A stretch of 63,571 nt of DNA, filler included, from Stramenopiles sp. TOSAG23-3 (Eukaryota), in the NCBI GenBank assembly GCA_900128585.1. It is 6 parts of 6 records of this genome, joined end to end, with 100 filler letters (N's around TTAATTAATTAA, not from the genome) between each part and the next. Parts side by side here need not be neighbours in the genome. Positions count along the whole stretch, not along the records: positions 12,394 to 24,670 come from LT642695.1; positions 24,771 to 37,039 come from LT642696.1; 4 more parts are not named here. One strand, given 5' to 3'. The translations under genes were made by a program, and so were the position numbers. The notes below the pieces were generated by a model. It saw only the letters and a list, made by a program, of their open reading frames with translations. It made no database searches and was not told where the DNA came from. Of the stretch, positions 23,901 through 32,698 are shown one piece after another (within the stretch, counting starts at the first letter, position 1; every line of letters begins with the position of its first letter).

Positions 23901-24422
23901 CACGCTGCGCTCGATGAACGCGCCCGCCTGCTGCGCCCTCAGCAGGAACCTCCAGCGAGTGTCCTCGATCGCACATATCGCCAAGACGCGGGAAAATATT
24001 TTTGTCGAATGGAACGGGAGCACGCAGCCCATGAAATCGTCGACGTTGCGCTCGTGGATTTTAAACTGGCGAACAAGGTACTCGAACACTTTGTGGACCG
24101 GCTTCAGCAGGGCGAAGGGCGAGACCCGGGCCAGAAAGAGCCTTAGCGTTTTGTCCAAGTCCTCGTTGTATTCGTTCGTTTGAAGGTCCCGGTTGGTATT
24201 TTTTGCCGCTTTGCTGAAAAGCTTCGCCTCAAAGGTCGCCACCCTGGCGTCCAGGTCGCACAGCTCTTGGAAACCGTTCAGCCCCATCGTGTATATAGAA
24301 TCGGAGTCGATGTCGGCCGCATCGTCCGCAGAGAACAGAACGGACGCCCGCCCGCGCTTCACTTTATCCTTCGTCGATTCCCCCTTGCTCTGGAGAAGCT
24401 CAAGCTGTGCAAATATCGACAT
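18000..24422 (-). CDS. UTP10: U3 snoRNP protein UTP10 / HEATR1 (BAP28)
   Basis: RASVLFSADDAADID, FEYLVRQFKIHE...LPFHSTKIF, VFTFMGESAVKHDDNYTF, C-terminal LPETISFLAELLED; about 2140 aa. Confidence 0.95.
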   Translation of the reverse strand: MSIFAQLELLQSKGESTKDKVKRGRASVLFSADDAADIDSDSIYTMGLNGFQELCDLDARVATFEAKLFSKAAKNTNRDLQTNEYNEDLDKTLRLFLARVSPFALLKPVHKVFEYLVRQFKIHERNVDDFMGCVLPFHSTKIFSRVLAICAIEDTRWRFLLRAQQAGAFIERSVLVTRCCDDLSLVSFFCDLAQTVADGKHRCQTVVTFTTVLFIEVLQRCKRSPDILKGFFNRVLPYITTALKSHAVQDFQMAGYMLVVSLCQSGTRLTPELYSYFVSTISVYAPQDKPEPAVRCLVHIYQSAAAQNVHVPMPAKAYSKLRAMEIKLVQVLKVVIESGVNGDAFFSAFLNRLVPQVAGDTTNALRMLCTLVNELPAEKHVGQIVKQVTGLAPSFQNDEHLKKALTFVAKRYSDVFDAVMEEQLSGVEESKRKPVFDFVMKTFSSSRHRPIRTEAGEGGGGKANGDTTLFLALEHSLQSVRLNAIGALETISKSPDGNSGEAAAFVYSSVARRIGQDESPVVVKQAAKLLQAIDAPCNSESMASTVLGQLGRGIERYSSKQHIDVLQELVACLGCDFIAALPKNERGHVGMLLNFLPTIHGLNNVLENNEALPSKGPVCQNALIALQSKVYQNASFWYGRSPGTKRGKGEKQDTKPLLARITSEEDVKSFQSTLAKNIVATSTKLLKALQMFESFDLTLNGQVFVYEILSSLKGVPKLTVARCLVRMIINRGGDTKDFELEFLTEALSAFELDEGGYHGVAEHLHTSALRFSRGDLQFSDNNEIYVTAVFLFALSKEHIMKEEARACIESMMENHFGASPLEFLLLLAQPTENEGATYDDRLRCLCLSLANSFMESTKAAPGNRRPTSVDFQIVLPSLLALMRSKCKEVRALAQAILVDHFSDVSAKSKMYGSGNVLYMPEIKLNAGVLKTVAAAIEDAKSDICEEYTGIERCLQRLFYGQLGSSQEQNICQWCINVAENMLEKEPRNAMMMVLSLQKAPSSLVITYGAKLLEDLIDSLGAKDGSGKAVQNQYHIRTFQICADHFFKFSDVEEFTNDHMDAFCSILKAGVYDAPCIPLNYALSLVTPSFCQGLPSNGANKVFEIIFSILAAGPKGLRRDHVQACLKVLPFNPESIVEKIRALLPTAGGERRQKGKKRAKISKTEDLSANLYSEEWVANVTTTAEICHVKSDLETSREIASLFMDILRTFLAQKSEDADDQYTLVEYSMHMIMEAARALLENNVPSTKVQGSRTKKRKTKSQGKQHFDESDVQTIVRCIQETRSSQTRNSGLLLLAHVAKETPKAVLKSLVPVFTFMGESAVKHDDNYTFHVVQKIVQSVVNAVKEVQDEHDLTLQSLLKVFVKSLKDIHPHRRQRLIYMVVSIMKNGALATTISLLLAEASANGENADFDPIEFGIELANRFSVEEQTALVAQLTNGLTREQLLDDGSDHMEVEEDDEETASIFFPPLSTTENDVRVVRSYFKMALQYLSRHISSKGFLRRLVAKQKRGNVEQHIDDSFMNSCQDLITLMRKLSMCKKSDNETQGEGSTWDAMSADVYAVLAKINAALTTPSFLAVITALLRHDALLIRRNALSLLAEKIEDEQDSFDESEELAFLDMLEDIPQYLQEKSKFEVQDIQISIYALDILVGAFGEKHPQSFKPFSALLGNMLGTKVCKRTAGLRSGVQLSLAKMCTVFGVSMLPILTPLMNSLLDSIEPFTGLSGPEIAGLTDARRDTLEISLKALNKVVQTLPKFISPYISKTLSFLLTRQESGVEVMAGLSECCGELVDSIATSIEPRILLPEFYNVFPLLKLPVNECRFFDMLALHVNTMSKPQIKQFHLQVFKLYLQAFASHDLLGAEESVAYRESLLSSFVNLVLKLNEKRTRPLFFKTKEFVHEGPAENNESIMRSRIVLLFHMCEKLADHLKSIFIPFLSYVFEMAMDELRSFETIMKRKSVKKTREEVEWHVQSLKYVLSTLTKCFLYDAAASSVQVEGHEKFITQARFNASVDGLVGLLSCYEIDKKRNEGDYSMLMSEHVTPCIANFALAAGNDELWKGIHHRVCLKTREEKSIVRYHSLRTIKVCFEEVGEEYLIMLPETISFLAELLEDQNEDVEQLARQVKAELESLSGGESLDNYLFG

Positions 24423-24670
24423 TGTGGTGGTTGATGGCAATGCGTTGGTACAAACTTTTGCTTGTTTCACAGTGCAATGGACAAAACCTGTTATTGTTGT
24501 TGACCACCTCCTTTTGTTCTTCTTATAAGTGAATTAATCAATAGGTTCATAAATGAAGAAATAAAAACATACAAACCGTAATAGATGTTGGTTCAATCAA
24601 CAATATATAGAACGAAAGAAGAAGAGAAAAAAAGGAAAAAAGAAATGTGCGAAAAAAAAAAAAGTAACAA

Positions 24671-24770
24671 NNNNNNNNNNNNNNNNNNNNNNNNNNNNNN
24701 NNNNNNNNNNNNNNTTAATTAATTAANNNNNNNNNNNNNNNNNNNNNNNNNNNNNNNNNNNNNNNNNNNN
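24671..24770. other. Artificial contig linker
   Basis: N44-TTAATTAATTAA-N44. Confidence 0.97.
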
Positions 24771-24772
24771 CC

Positions 24773-27631
24773 AGCGATGCGAAAAAGGAAGTGGGGCGAT
24801 TGCAGGAAGCGCTGGAAAACCTGAAAACACTTCATGAGGACACAAAACACACCCATGCCGAAGTGATGTCGAAAATTGGGGGACACGGCCCAAAAGACTT
24901 GGGCGAGTTGGAAAACATATTCGCCGATATGGAAGAAAAAGTAGAAACATTAGAACAGGAAAATTTTGAAGCAAATCGCCAAGTATCTGACTTGAAGTCA
25001 CAGAATGAACTGTACGCCCAAACCGAAAATGACCTCCGCGGACAGCTTCAAACTGCGCAAGACAGAGCAAAAGCAGCATTGTCGGAACATGGTCAGACGC
25101 AAGCACAGCTCGACGAATTACGAAAGTTGTACGATGCCGAGCAGGCAGAGAGAACAGCTGACAAAGGAGAATCGTCCAAATTAAAAGAGAAAATGAAAAC
25201 TATTGTTGATCGCTTCAAGCTCCTTCAAACAAAACACAAGGCCGCCAAAGCGGAATCGCAAACGCTGAAAAGTGCATTAGGAGAAAAAGAAGAGCAATTG
25301 TTGCAACTTAATCAACAGGTAAAAGACCTACAGGAAAGTGGGAATAGTGAACAGAGCGAGCTTAAAGCAAGTCTAGACAAACTAACAGCAAAATTGGAAA
25401 CTGCAACGTCCGAAAAGGAAACTCTGCAAACGGAGATGGGCGCAGCAAGAGACGATGCAGCGTCAAATGTGAAAAAGCTGGAGCAGAAAAATACACAGCT
25501 GCAAGAAAAATTGAAGCGAGGGAACGAACGGTACAAGAAGCTCCAAAACCAGCACAGAGAAGCCAGGGGGAAAATGGAGGCGGAAATCGACAACATGAAA
25601 GCAAACGCGCAGGCTGCAGAGTCCATTATGTCAGAAGAAAACGCCGCAACCGCAGAAAAACTCAAAAATTCAATTGCAGAAGCCACATCAAAGGAAGAGA
25701 GCATCAGGGCAGAAACGGCAAGAGCAAACCAACTAAAAGTGGAGTTAGAAAAATGCAGAAAAGAACTTGGGGGTCATGAGACGAATCTTGGGGCGATACA
25801 GGCAGAAATGGACGCTTTACGAGGAGAGCAAGAAAATGCTGTCGCCGAAAAAGAAAACCACATCACTTATTTGGAAAAGGCGCTGAAAGAAGCCAACGAT
25901 AAGTTGGCAATTTATGAAGACGAGGCAATCCTTAAGCTTCAAAATAGTCGCTCTGGAAAAGTTGCAAGTGCCAGAAAGAAAACGACGCAAGAGACCAAAG
26001 AGGCTTTTGCGGCGATGCAGCAGTGCCTTCAAGGTCAATTATCGACGTTGAGCAATATGCTAGAGACTCCGTCGTTAGACTACTTTGAAGAGAGCAAAGC
26101 ACAAGAACAAAAGAAGGAAAAGAAAGAAGAGCTGGTCCACCGTTTTAGACATCTGTTGAATACAATTTCGGCTCTGCTACAAGGACCGATTGGGACAACG
26201 AAGCAGGGAGAGCTTGTTGTGGAGGTGAAGCGTGCATTTCTTCTGGCCCGTGAAGAAATCGTCAGAACTGCTCAAATGTTGAACGTTGATGTTGCGTTGA
26301 TGTTGCCAGACTCTCAAATCGCGCGCCGGGAGACGTTGTCCACAATTGCGGCGCTGGAACAGCGCAACCGAGAACTTCACGATGATTTGAGGCGCGCAGA
26401 CAGCCACGAAGTTTTGGTCCTGAAAGAAGCTGCGCAAGCCCAGGCAAATATGCGCAACGAGTACGAAGCCGAAATAGCGCGGTTGCACCAAAGCGTAAGT
26501 GGGGAATTGTCCAAGTCGGCAGATTGGACCAGGATGAACGACACAAATACGGGAAACCAGTACTACGTGAATCGCAACACGGGGCAGACCCAATGGGAGA
26601 TTCCGTCGGAATTGTTGGTGAACGTGGACCAAGGAGAGAGAAAGGTGCTAAGAGAGGAGAACGAAGCTTTGTCGAAAACAGTAAAGCAGCTCGAGAACGA
26701 ACTGTCGGGCGCAAGGCAGGATTACTCGTCTTCCTCGGGCGTGATCAATGATCTCGAACAAAAACTTTCTCGGTTAAGAAATGACGCGCTGCGTTCGAAG
26801 GGGCTAGAAAACGATTTGGAAACTATCCAATTCCAGCTGCACGTCACAGAGAGCAAGCTGAAAGATGCCGAGGGCGCTGCCGCTGACCTGCAGCTAAAGG
26901 TCGGTGGTCTACAGTCGGAGATAGGAAGATTGACTGCGGAGGTTGACCAGCAAGAAATAAAAAACGCAGTTGCTGTAAAAAATGCAGCAATGGAGGCCCG
27001 CAATTTTGCGCTGCAAGAAATGCAGGACGACGGGGAAGTCAGCAAGAAAATGGCAGCGGAACTCAAGAAGCTTGAATTAGAGTGTGAAAAATTGTCAGAA
27101 GAGAAAGTAATTGCGTTGGAAACAGCGGAGAGTAAGCACGCCATGGTGTTGGACCAATTGCGAACGAAGCACGTCCTTGAAGTTCAAGACTTGAAAGCGC
27201 AGGCCGCATCCGACATGGAGAGGTCTATGCGCCAGGCATCTTCAAATGCAGCAAATGCGAACATAGCCGAAAGAAGCGCCCCCGGCACCGATCATCCAAA
27301 GCCTAGCGATCGTCAGCCGCTTGAGACCCCCAAAGAAGGAAAACGTTCTGTCCCGCTGGAAACCCCGCGCCCTGTGGAAATACATGCCTCGTCGGCACTG
27401 CAACCGGCTGAGTCGTTAATCAATGACGTAACGCTGCAAGACCCCGACGATTCACTCGCTGCTTCCTCATTTGCTAGCTCCATCGGTTTTCAATCCAGAG
27501 TGTCGGTCACAATGACGCCGAAGATTGCACGAGAAAGGGCCCGACAACTTGCAGCGAAGCTCGCAGACAGCATGAAGAAGAGGAAGAAGACACGCTCGCG
27601 AAAAGGCATTCGAAGCCGAGGACTGAGGTAA
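24773..27631 (+). CDS. Long coiled-coil protein with one WW domain (5'-partial)
   Basis: Reading frame is open from the contig edge; heptad-rich E/K/L/Q sequence; WTRMNDTNTGNQYYVNRNTGQTQWEIP is a WW domain. Confidence 0.75.
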   Translation, partial: SDAKKEVGRLQEALENLKTLHEDTKHTHAEVMSKIGGHGPKDLGELENIFADMEEKVETLEQENFEANRQVSDLKSQNELYAQTENDLRGQLQTAQDRAKAALSEHGQTQAQLDELRKLYDAEQAERTADKGESSKLKEKMKTIVDRFKLLQTKHKAAKAESQTLKSALGEKEEQLLQLNQQVKDLQESGNSEQSELKASLDKLTAKLETATSEKETLQTEMGAARDDAASNVKKLEQKNTQLQEKLKRGNERYKKLQNQHREARGKMEAEIDNMKANAQAAESIMSEENAATAEKLKNSIAEATSKEESIRAETARANQLKVELEKCRKELGGHETNLGAIQAEMDALRGEQENAVAEKENHITYLEKALKEANDKLAIYEDEAILKLQNSRSGKVASARKKTTQETKEAFAAMQQCLQGQLSTLSNMLETPSLDYFEESKAQEQKKEKKEELVHRFRHLLNTISALLQGPIGTTKQGELVVEVKRAFLLAREEIVRTAQMLNVDVALMLPDSQIARRETLSTIAALEQRNRELHDDLRRADSHEVLVLKEAAQAQANMRNEYEAEIARLHQSVSGELSKSADWTRMNDTNTGNQYYVNRNTGQTQWEIPSELLVNVDQGERKVLREENEALSKTVKQLENELSGARQDYSSSSGVINDLEQKLSRLRNDALRSKGLENDLETIQFQLHVTESKLKDAEGAAADLQLKVGGLQSEIGRLTAEVDQQEIKNAVAVKNAAMEARNFALQEMQDDGEVSKKMAAELKKLELECEKLSEEKVIALETAESKHAMVLDQLRTKHVLEVQDLKAQAASDMERSMRQASSNAANANIAERSAPGTDHPKPSDRQPLETPKEGKRSVPLETPRPVEIHASSALQPAESLINDVTLQDPDDSLAASSFASSIGFQSRVSVTMTPKIARERARQLAAKLADSMKKRKKTRSRKGIRSRGLR

Positions 27632-27832
27632 AGCGCTCTGCTTTCCAGGCGCGTAATTCAACACTTCCGCGCTCATTCACTTTTGTACTTCGTACATTTT
27701 ATTGAGTAAGGCACTCGTGTATTAAGATAACATCATAGTTATTTTGCTTTAATTTAACCCCGTTTTTGTACATTTTTATTTTAACACGACATCCTAACAT
27801 TCGTTAATGTTTCCCGCGCCAGTTGCTTGTGC

Positions 27833-29902
27833 TTAGTTTGTAAACATCATTTCCAAGTAGACGTTCACAATATGGTCGGAAAAATTCTGCCAGTTTGGCA
27901 CGGTTTTCTGGACATACCTAATCACAGCTTGCCGTGTGACACGATCGGTCGATGACAAGTTAGCCATTGCCTTCGCACCGATACGTTGAAGTTCTACCTC
28001 TGCCTCGGGAGTCAAAAAAGAGGCAAACACCTCCATACCACCCGCCTTCACTATGTCTCGTTTGTTCAACTCTTTCATTGCCAGCGAACCCAGAGCCTCT
28101 GCAGCAAACCGTTGGACAAAAGGGTCATCTGCCATCGCAAGTGCAACAATCACGGCAATGTGGGGGCGCAAAGCGTTGTCCGAGTCTCGAGCGGCGGAGA
28201 GACTGAGCCCTTTCGTGGCTGCCCTCTGTGCTTCCACAACTGGACTGCGGGCCAATGCCAACAGCCACTCTGTTGGGATAAGGGGTAGCTGCTTGTCGCC
28301 ACAAATCTCGCGCATTACTGCGACCGCATTTGTCCGTACCAGAGAATCCCGGGACATGCACAGCTGAGACAGCAACGCAAAAGGGGCCCGTTTGATTAGA
28401 AACTTCCTTCCCGAGTTGCTCGAACACAACTCTGCCATGCAACTCGCCACCGATTCGCTTGCCTTTCCCCCAGAATCGGTGGTTGCAACGACCCTTGCGA
28501 TAATTTGAAAGGCGTCTTCTCTCTGCTGCAGATGAATTATGAACCCCGACTGCGTTATGGCACGGTTCAGTAACTCGGCAATATAGACGTGCGCATCTTC
28601 TCTATCCGATTCAAGGAGCGTTTTTATCGTGCTCATCATCTGGTTCCACTGGCTTCCTTCGATACTGGCGAACTGCATCGACTCTTTCTTCCGCCTTGCC
28701 ATTTGTTCAGGGTCCCTGACCAACGCCCCGTCCTTCCTTCGGTGCACCGGCTGGCGTCCTTTCAGGTCTTCTTTGTTGGTCTTGAGCTGCAATTGCTCAG
28801 CCAACCGGTCCAGAATCATTAATCCCTCAGTTGCCATTTCTCTAGTATCGGCAGAATTAGTGTGGGCCGAGATCGCCATGCAGGCCTCTCGTCCCCTTGC
28901 CATGGCCACCCGCTTGCCCAACCCCGGGTACAAACTTGCGTTGTATATAAATGTGGCACACCCCTTGATCACCTCCTGGTGTTCGCGATCGGAAAACCTA
29001 GCCACACCGCAGACATTGCGAAGGGCGGCATCTGAAAGCTTTGGGGCTAACTGCTGGAAATCTGCAAAGGCCGAATACCTCCACAACGCTCGCCCTGCAC
29101 TTCTGCGTGTGAAGTCTATGGAGCACGTTATCAAATCGCACAGTAGAGGCAAAACTGCGTGAGCCTTTTCTCGGCTCATGTGGGCTTTGTCCGACGAAGC
29201 CTTCGATAGGAAATCAGCCGCGTGCGTTATCCACCCGTGGGTCTGGGTGCACACACGGGCGGGGTCCCACTTTTGCGATTCGACGTTCGCGGCATCGACG
29301 CCGGAAAAAGGTGCACCTTCCACGACGACGTGGACCTGCGCGTTCGGGGACAAGACGTCTTCCACCACTAGCGGATCTGGCAGCAAATAGGAACTTGGGT
29401 CTGCGAGGGCACGCACTGTCAAAGGGGGCGACTCAGGAAACAGCGACTTGAACTGCGCTTCAATTTTTTTCTTTAATTGAAATATAGACGATCGCGGATC
29501 TGCTGTAGTCATGAACTGAATGTCAATGTTTACCCCGTCGTTCCCATTTTGCCCACTATGCAGGATGTGGATGTGCAATCGTATCGGCTTTCTGCGCCTG
29601 GGCGGGGGGCGCGCCCGGTGCTTGAACGGGCCGTTGCCGGGAGGGTTCTGTACCTTTCCGTCCCCACCTTCCGCATTCTGCCCGTCGACGGACCCTCCCC
29701 CAGGCGTCGTGATGCCCTCGTTAAAATTTTCCTTCGGGTGTTCCTGTCTCTCCACATGCAAGTGTCCCGTATAAATGTCCTGGTCCTCTAAAACGTCTAC
29801 CTGAACGTGTTGGATGCCATCCGGGTGGTGGTGGTGGACTATATTTATGTTGGTAGGGGACGGTGGGCCCGGCAAAGGGGGCGGACGTGCATACATGGCC
29901 AC
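27833..29902 (-). CDS. Armadillo-repeat protein with an N-terminal ubiquitin-like (Net1/Dnt1 N-terminal-like) domain
   Basis: ARM-like repeats (VQRFAAEALGSLA, IVKAGGMEVF, LQRIGAKAMANLS); segment SSIFQLKKKIEAQFKSLFP...YLLPDPLVVEDVL. Confidence 0.65.
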   Translation of the reverse strand: MAMYARPPPLPGPPSPTNINIVHHHHPDGIQHVQVDVLEDQDIYTGHLHVERQEHPKENFNEGITTPGGGSVDGQNAEGGDGKVQNPPGNGPFKHRARPPPRRRKPIRLHIHILHSGQNGNDGVNIDIQFMTTADPRSSIFQLKKKIEAQFKSLFPESPPLTVRALADPSSYLLPDPLVVEDVLSPNAQVHVVVEGAPFSGVDAANVESQKWDPARVCTQTHGWITHAADFLSKASSDKAHMSREKAHAVLPLLCDLITCSIDFTRRSAGRALWRYSAFADFQQLAPKLSDAALRNVCGVARFSDREHQEVIKGCATFIYNASLYPGLGKRVAMARGREACMAISAHTNSADTREMATEGLMILDRLAEQLQLKTNKEDLKGRQPVHRRKDGALVRDPEQMARRKKESMQFASIEGSQWNQMMSTIKTLLESDREDAHVYIAELLNRAITQSGFIIHLQQREDAFQIIARVVATTDSGGKASESVASCMAELCSSNSGRKFLIKRAPFALLSQLCMSRDSLVRTNAVAVMREICGDKQLPLIPTEWLLALARSPVVEAQRAATKGLSLSAARDSDNALRPHIAVIVALAMADDPFVQRFAAEALGSLAMKELNKRDIVKAGGMEVFASFLTPEAEVELQRIGAKAMANLSSTDRVTRQAVIRYVQKTVPNWQNFSDHIVNVYLEMMFTN

Positions 29903-30109
29903 AACACAAGCTGGCTCCTACAATGAACTAACGGCGCTGCCAATCCAACAACACCCAACAAAACGAAAAACAACAACAGCAAATAATAGTTTATTCGAGC
30001 ACGAAAGAATAGAAAAGGAAGTGAACATACAAAAAAATAACCACCAACCAGTCTTTCAAAATGTTATTATGTGAGAAAAATGAATAAAATATTATATAAC
30101 TAACAACTA

Positions 30110-30176
30110 NNNNNNNNNNNNNNNNNNNNNNNNNNNNNNNNNNNNNNNNNNNNNNNNNNNNNNNNNNNNNNNNNNN
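30110..30176. other. Internal scaffold gap (67 N)
   Basis: N run without the stop linker. Confidence 0.95.
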
Positions 30177-30396
30177 CTATTATATACGCGTATAATTATA
30201 TTAAACAGGAAATAGATATACTTAAAAAGAAACATAACAATACAATAAAAAACAAAAAAGGCAGGCAAAATAATTGGTAACAAGTAATAAAACATGTACT
30301 CTTCTTCTTCATTCAGTCTTTTCATATATACTACCAGCAGGGTTTTCCGAAGTGAAGTACGCTTATACTTCGTCGCGTCCGTAATATACGAATTAG

Positions 30397-31545
30397 CTAT
30401 TCTTTCCAGTCCTGGGCATCGATCAGCGAATCGCCGAAACCACTGGCATCACCACTCGATTGAAACGAGTACGCGGTGTCTGGGTGGTTTAAACCCATGT
30501 TATTATTTGAACGATGCTTGAATCCATTTCTCTGCATCGCTGTCAAGTTCTGTATCACCGCGGTTGTATACTCTGGCCCCATCCCAAACACCCCCGCCGC
30601 TAATTCTTCTGGCAAGTACTTTCCTAGCATGCTCTTCATCGATACGCGCTTAATGCCTCCTTTCATGTCTGCCTCCATTCTGTCCATCCTTGTCTTGCGT
30701 AAAGCTTTTTCGGCCATTTGGGCCCTAGTAAACCACGCCTCCCGGTGAAAGTAAGGTCTCTCACTCCGCCCGCTCACGTAAATTGCATCGTGAATACCAC
30801 TCTTCAGCAGCCTGAAAATTCTGGCATACCGTAGTTCTTTTTTGCTCAAAACATCTAATATTTCACAGCACGCGGCAGCAGACAAAGGGTTTGGAGAATT
30901 TTTGTGTGTTGTGATGCGATCCAACATACATGATGATTCGCAGTACGTTCGGACATAATGCCACAGGGCATCGCTTCCCTGGTCTAGCTTGTATGTCTCT
31001 GATAACCATTTGTCAAGAAAATCCCCCATAATTTCTGATCGCTCGTGTTCGTCTATTTTGTCAAAGGCCAAAAAATTTGTTAGTAGGTACATGTCGTTGG
31101 GGTTGGCAGTCCCGGAGAAGGGCTGCCTTGCCGTCGGCGACGGCAAGCCTTCCCCTTGCCGATTTATGAGTTGGCTCCCTTTTAAAGTTTTTATAAGCGC
31201 GGTCTCGTTCGTTTGCGCCTCTTTCCCCCTGCGTGTCTCTGCTAACAAAGAAGTCTGTTGCAGCTCTTTGCGCCGTACCACTCCCGCTTTTTTCAGCCTT
31301 TCAAGCGTTGCCGATAATTCTTCCGGTTGCTCTTGATGAATTCCATATGGGTTCTTCAAGACGGTCTTTCGTTTGGGGCTGTGCGGATAAACACGGATAA
31401 TTCTAGATTTATTCCCCTTATCTGGTCGCCTCGCCAATATCCTGTTTGGCCATATTGGCGATGCCTTGGGAGGCTGCTTCGGCCGGTACAGCGTCGAGCC
31501 TCCGCCTTTGTATCGTAGTTTGTAATCGCGGCTGTTTTGCGCCAT
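30397..31545 (-). CDS. Hypothetical protein (about 380 aa)
   Basis: Long ORF in a GC-richer island between AT-rich spacers; first ATG at 31545; no family recognised with confidence. Confidence 0.6.
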   Translation of the reverse strand: MAQNSRDYKLRYKGGGSTLYRPKQPPKASPIWPNRILARRPDKGNKSRIIRVYPHSPKRKTVLKNPYGIHQEQPEELSATLERLKKAGVVRRKELQQTSLLAETRRGKEAQTNETALIKTLKGSQLINRQGEGLPSPTARQPFSGTANPNDMYLLTNFLAFDKIDEHERSEIMGDFLDKWLSETYKLDQGSDALWHYVRTYCESSCMLDRITTHKNSPNPLSAAACCEILDVLSKKELRYARIFRLLKSGIHDAIYVSGRSERPYFHREAWFTRAQMAEKALRKTRMDRMEADMKGGIKRVSMKSMLGKYLPEELAAGVFGMGPEYTTAVIQNLTAMQRNGFKHRSNNNMGLNHPDTAYSFQSSGDASGFGDSLIDAQDWKE

Positions 31546-32698
31546 TCCGTGTGTCTTCTCGTTTTCTGCCACAGCACTTCAATTTTAACTTTCAAGAGCA
31601 CACGCAGAGTATTCTCGGGAGCGACGTATGTATCTAGTTTACAAATCTTGGGTGGGGGGCAGTTCTACTGTACTGAACTTACCATCGGGGCAAAAAATGC
31701 GCGTCAAAGCACTACCTTGGTACCACCACAGCAGAAGAAGAAGAAGAAGCAAGCAGTCACACACACTCGATCGATCGATATTTAATCCTCCTCCGTCGTC
31801 GTGCTCTGCGGTAGGATCGGTAACAGGTATTTAGCAGCAACACAATGAGCTAGGGGGGGGGGGGGGTTTTTTACATAAATATATCATTAAATATCATCAA
31901 CAGAGCATTGTGTACCCAAATGTATTAATAATAATAAACACTGTGTATATGTTATATGTTATGATGTCATTATAAATGTACTTAATTTTAAAATGTATTT
32001 GTTCTATTTAATTAAATAGCTTTTATAAGAAGGCAAGTATACTAATCCTGCCGTTTCATTCTCACTATCTCCATGTTATTCTACCTATATACCCTCCCAT
32101 ACTGTCCTTATACTTATTATTCTGTTAATCCTTCCTTGTCCGTTATATTGCAACAAATAATAACATTAGACAGCATTGTAATAAAATAAACCGACAAACA
32201 AAACCAGATGAAAATGATAAATAAGGAAATAGTTATTAAATAATTATATATAGACTATTATTATTATAATATATATTTATATGATGTATTTATATACTTA
32301 ATATATAGAGAGGTTTAGAAAGGATAAAAAGAAGAAAAGAAAAGAAAAAAAAGGAAAAAGGAAAAAAGTGCTTTTTTTTTTTTTTTGGATCGCTCTTTCT
32401 TCCTTTGTTGTTGGTGGTGGACGGTGGCGTTAATAAATAATAATATTATTATTATTATTATACAACCAAAAACAAAATAATAACAGTTGATTGGGTATTG
32501 TAATGGAAGCGTATTATGGATATGTATTCTGGGAAAAGAAATACAAGATAGAAAGTAAAATCAACTGTTTAATTGTTTACGTTGTGTTTGTTTGGTAAAA
32601 TATTTTTTGTTTCGTAAGAACATCAAACCAAAGGATTTTTGATAGTTAGAAACAAAGGAAGGCCTTAGAACCAGCATCGGTATTGTAAGCAAGCGACC

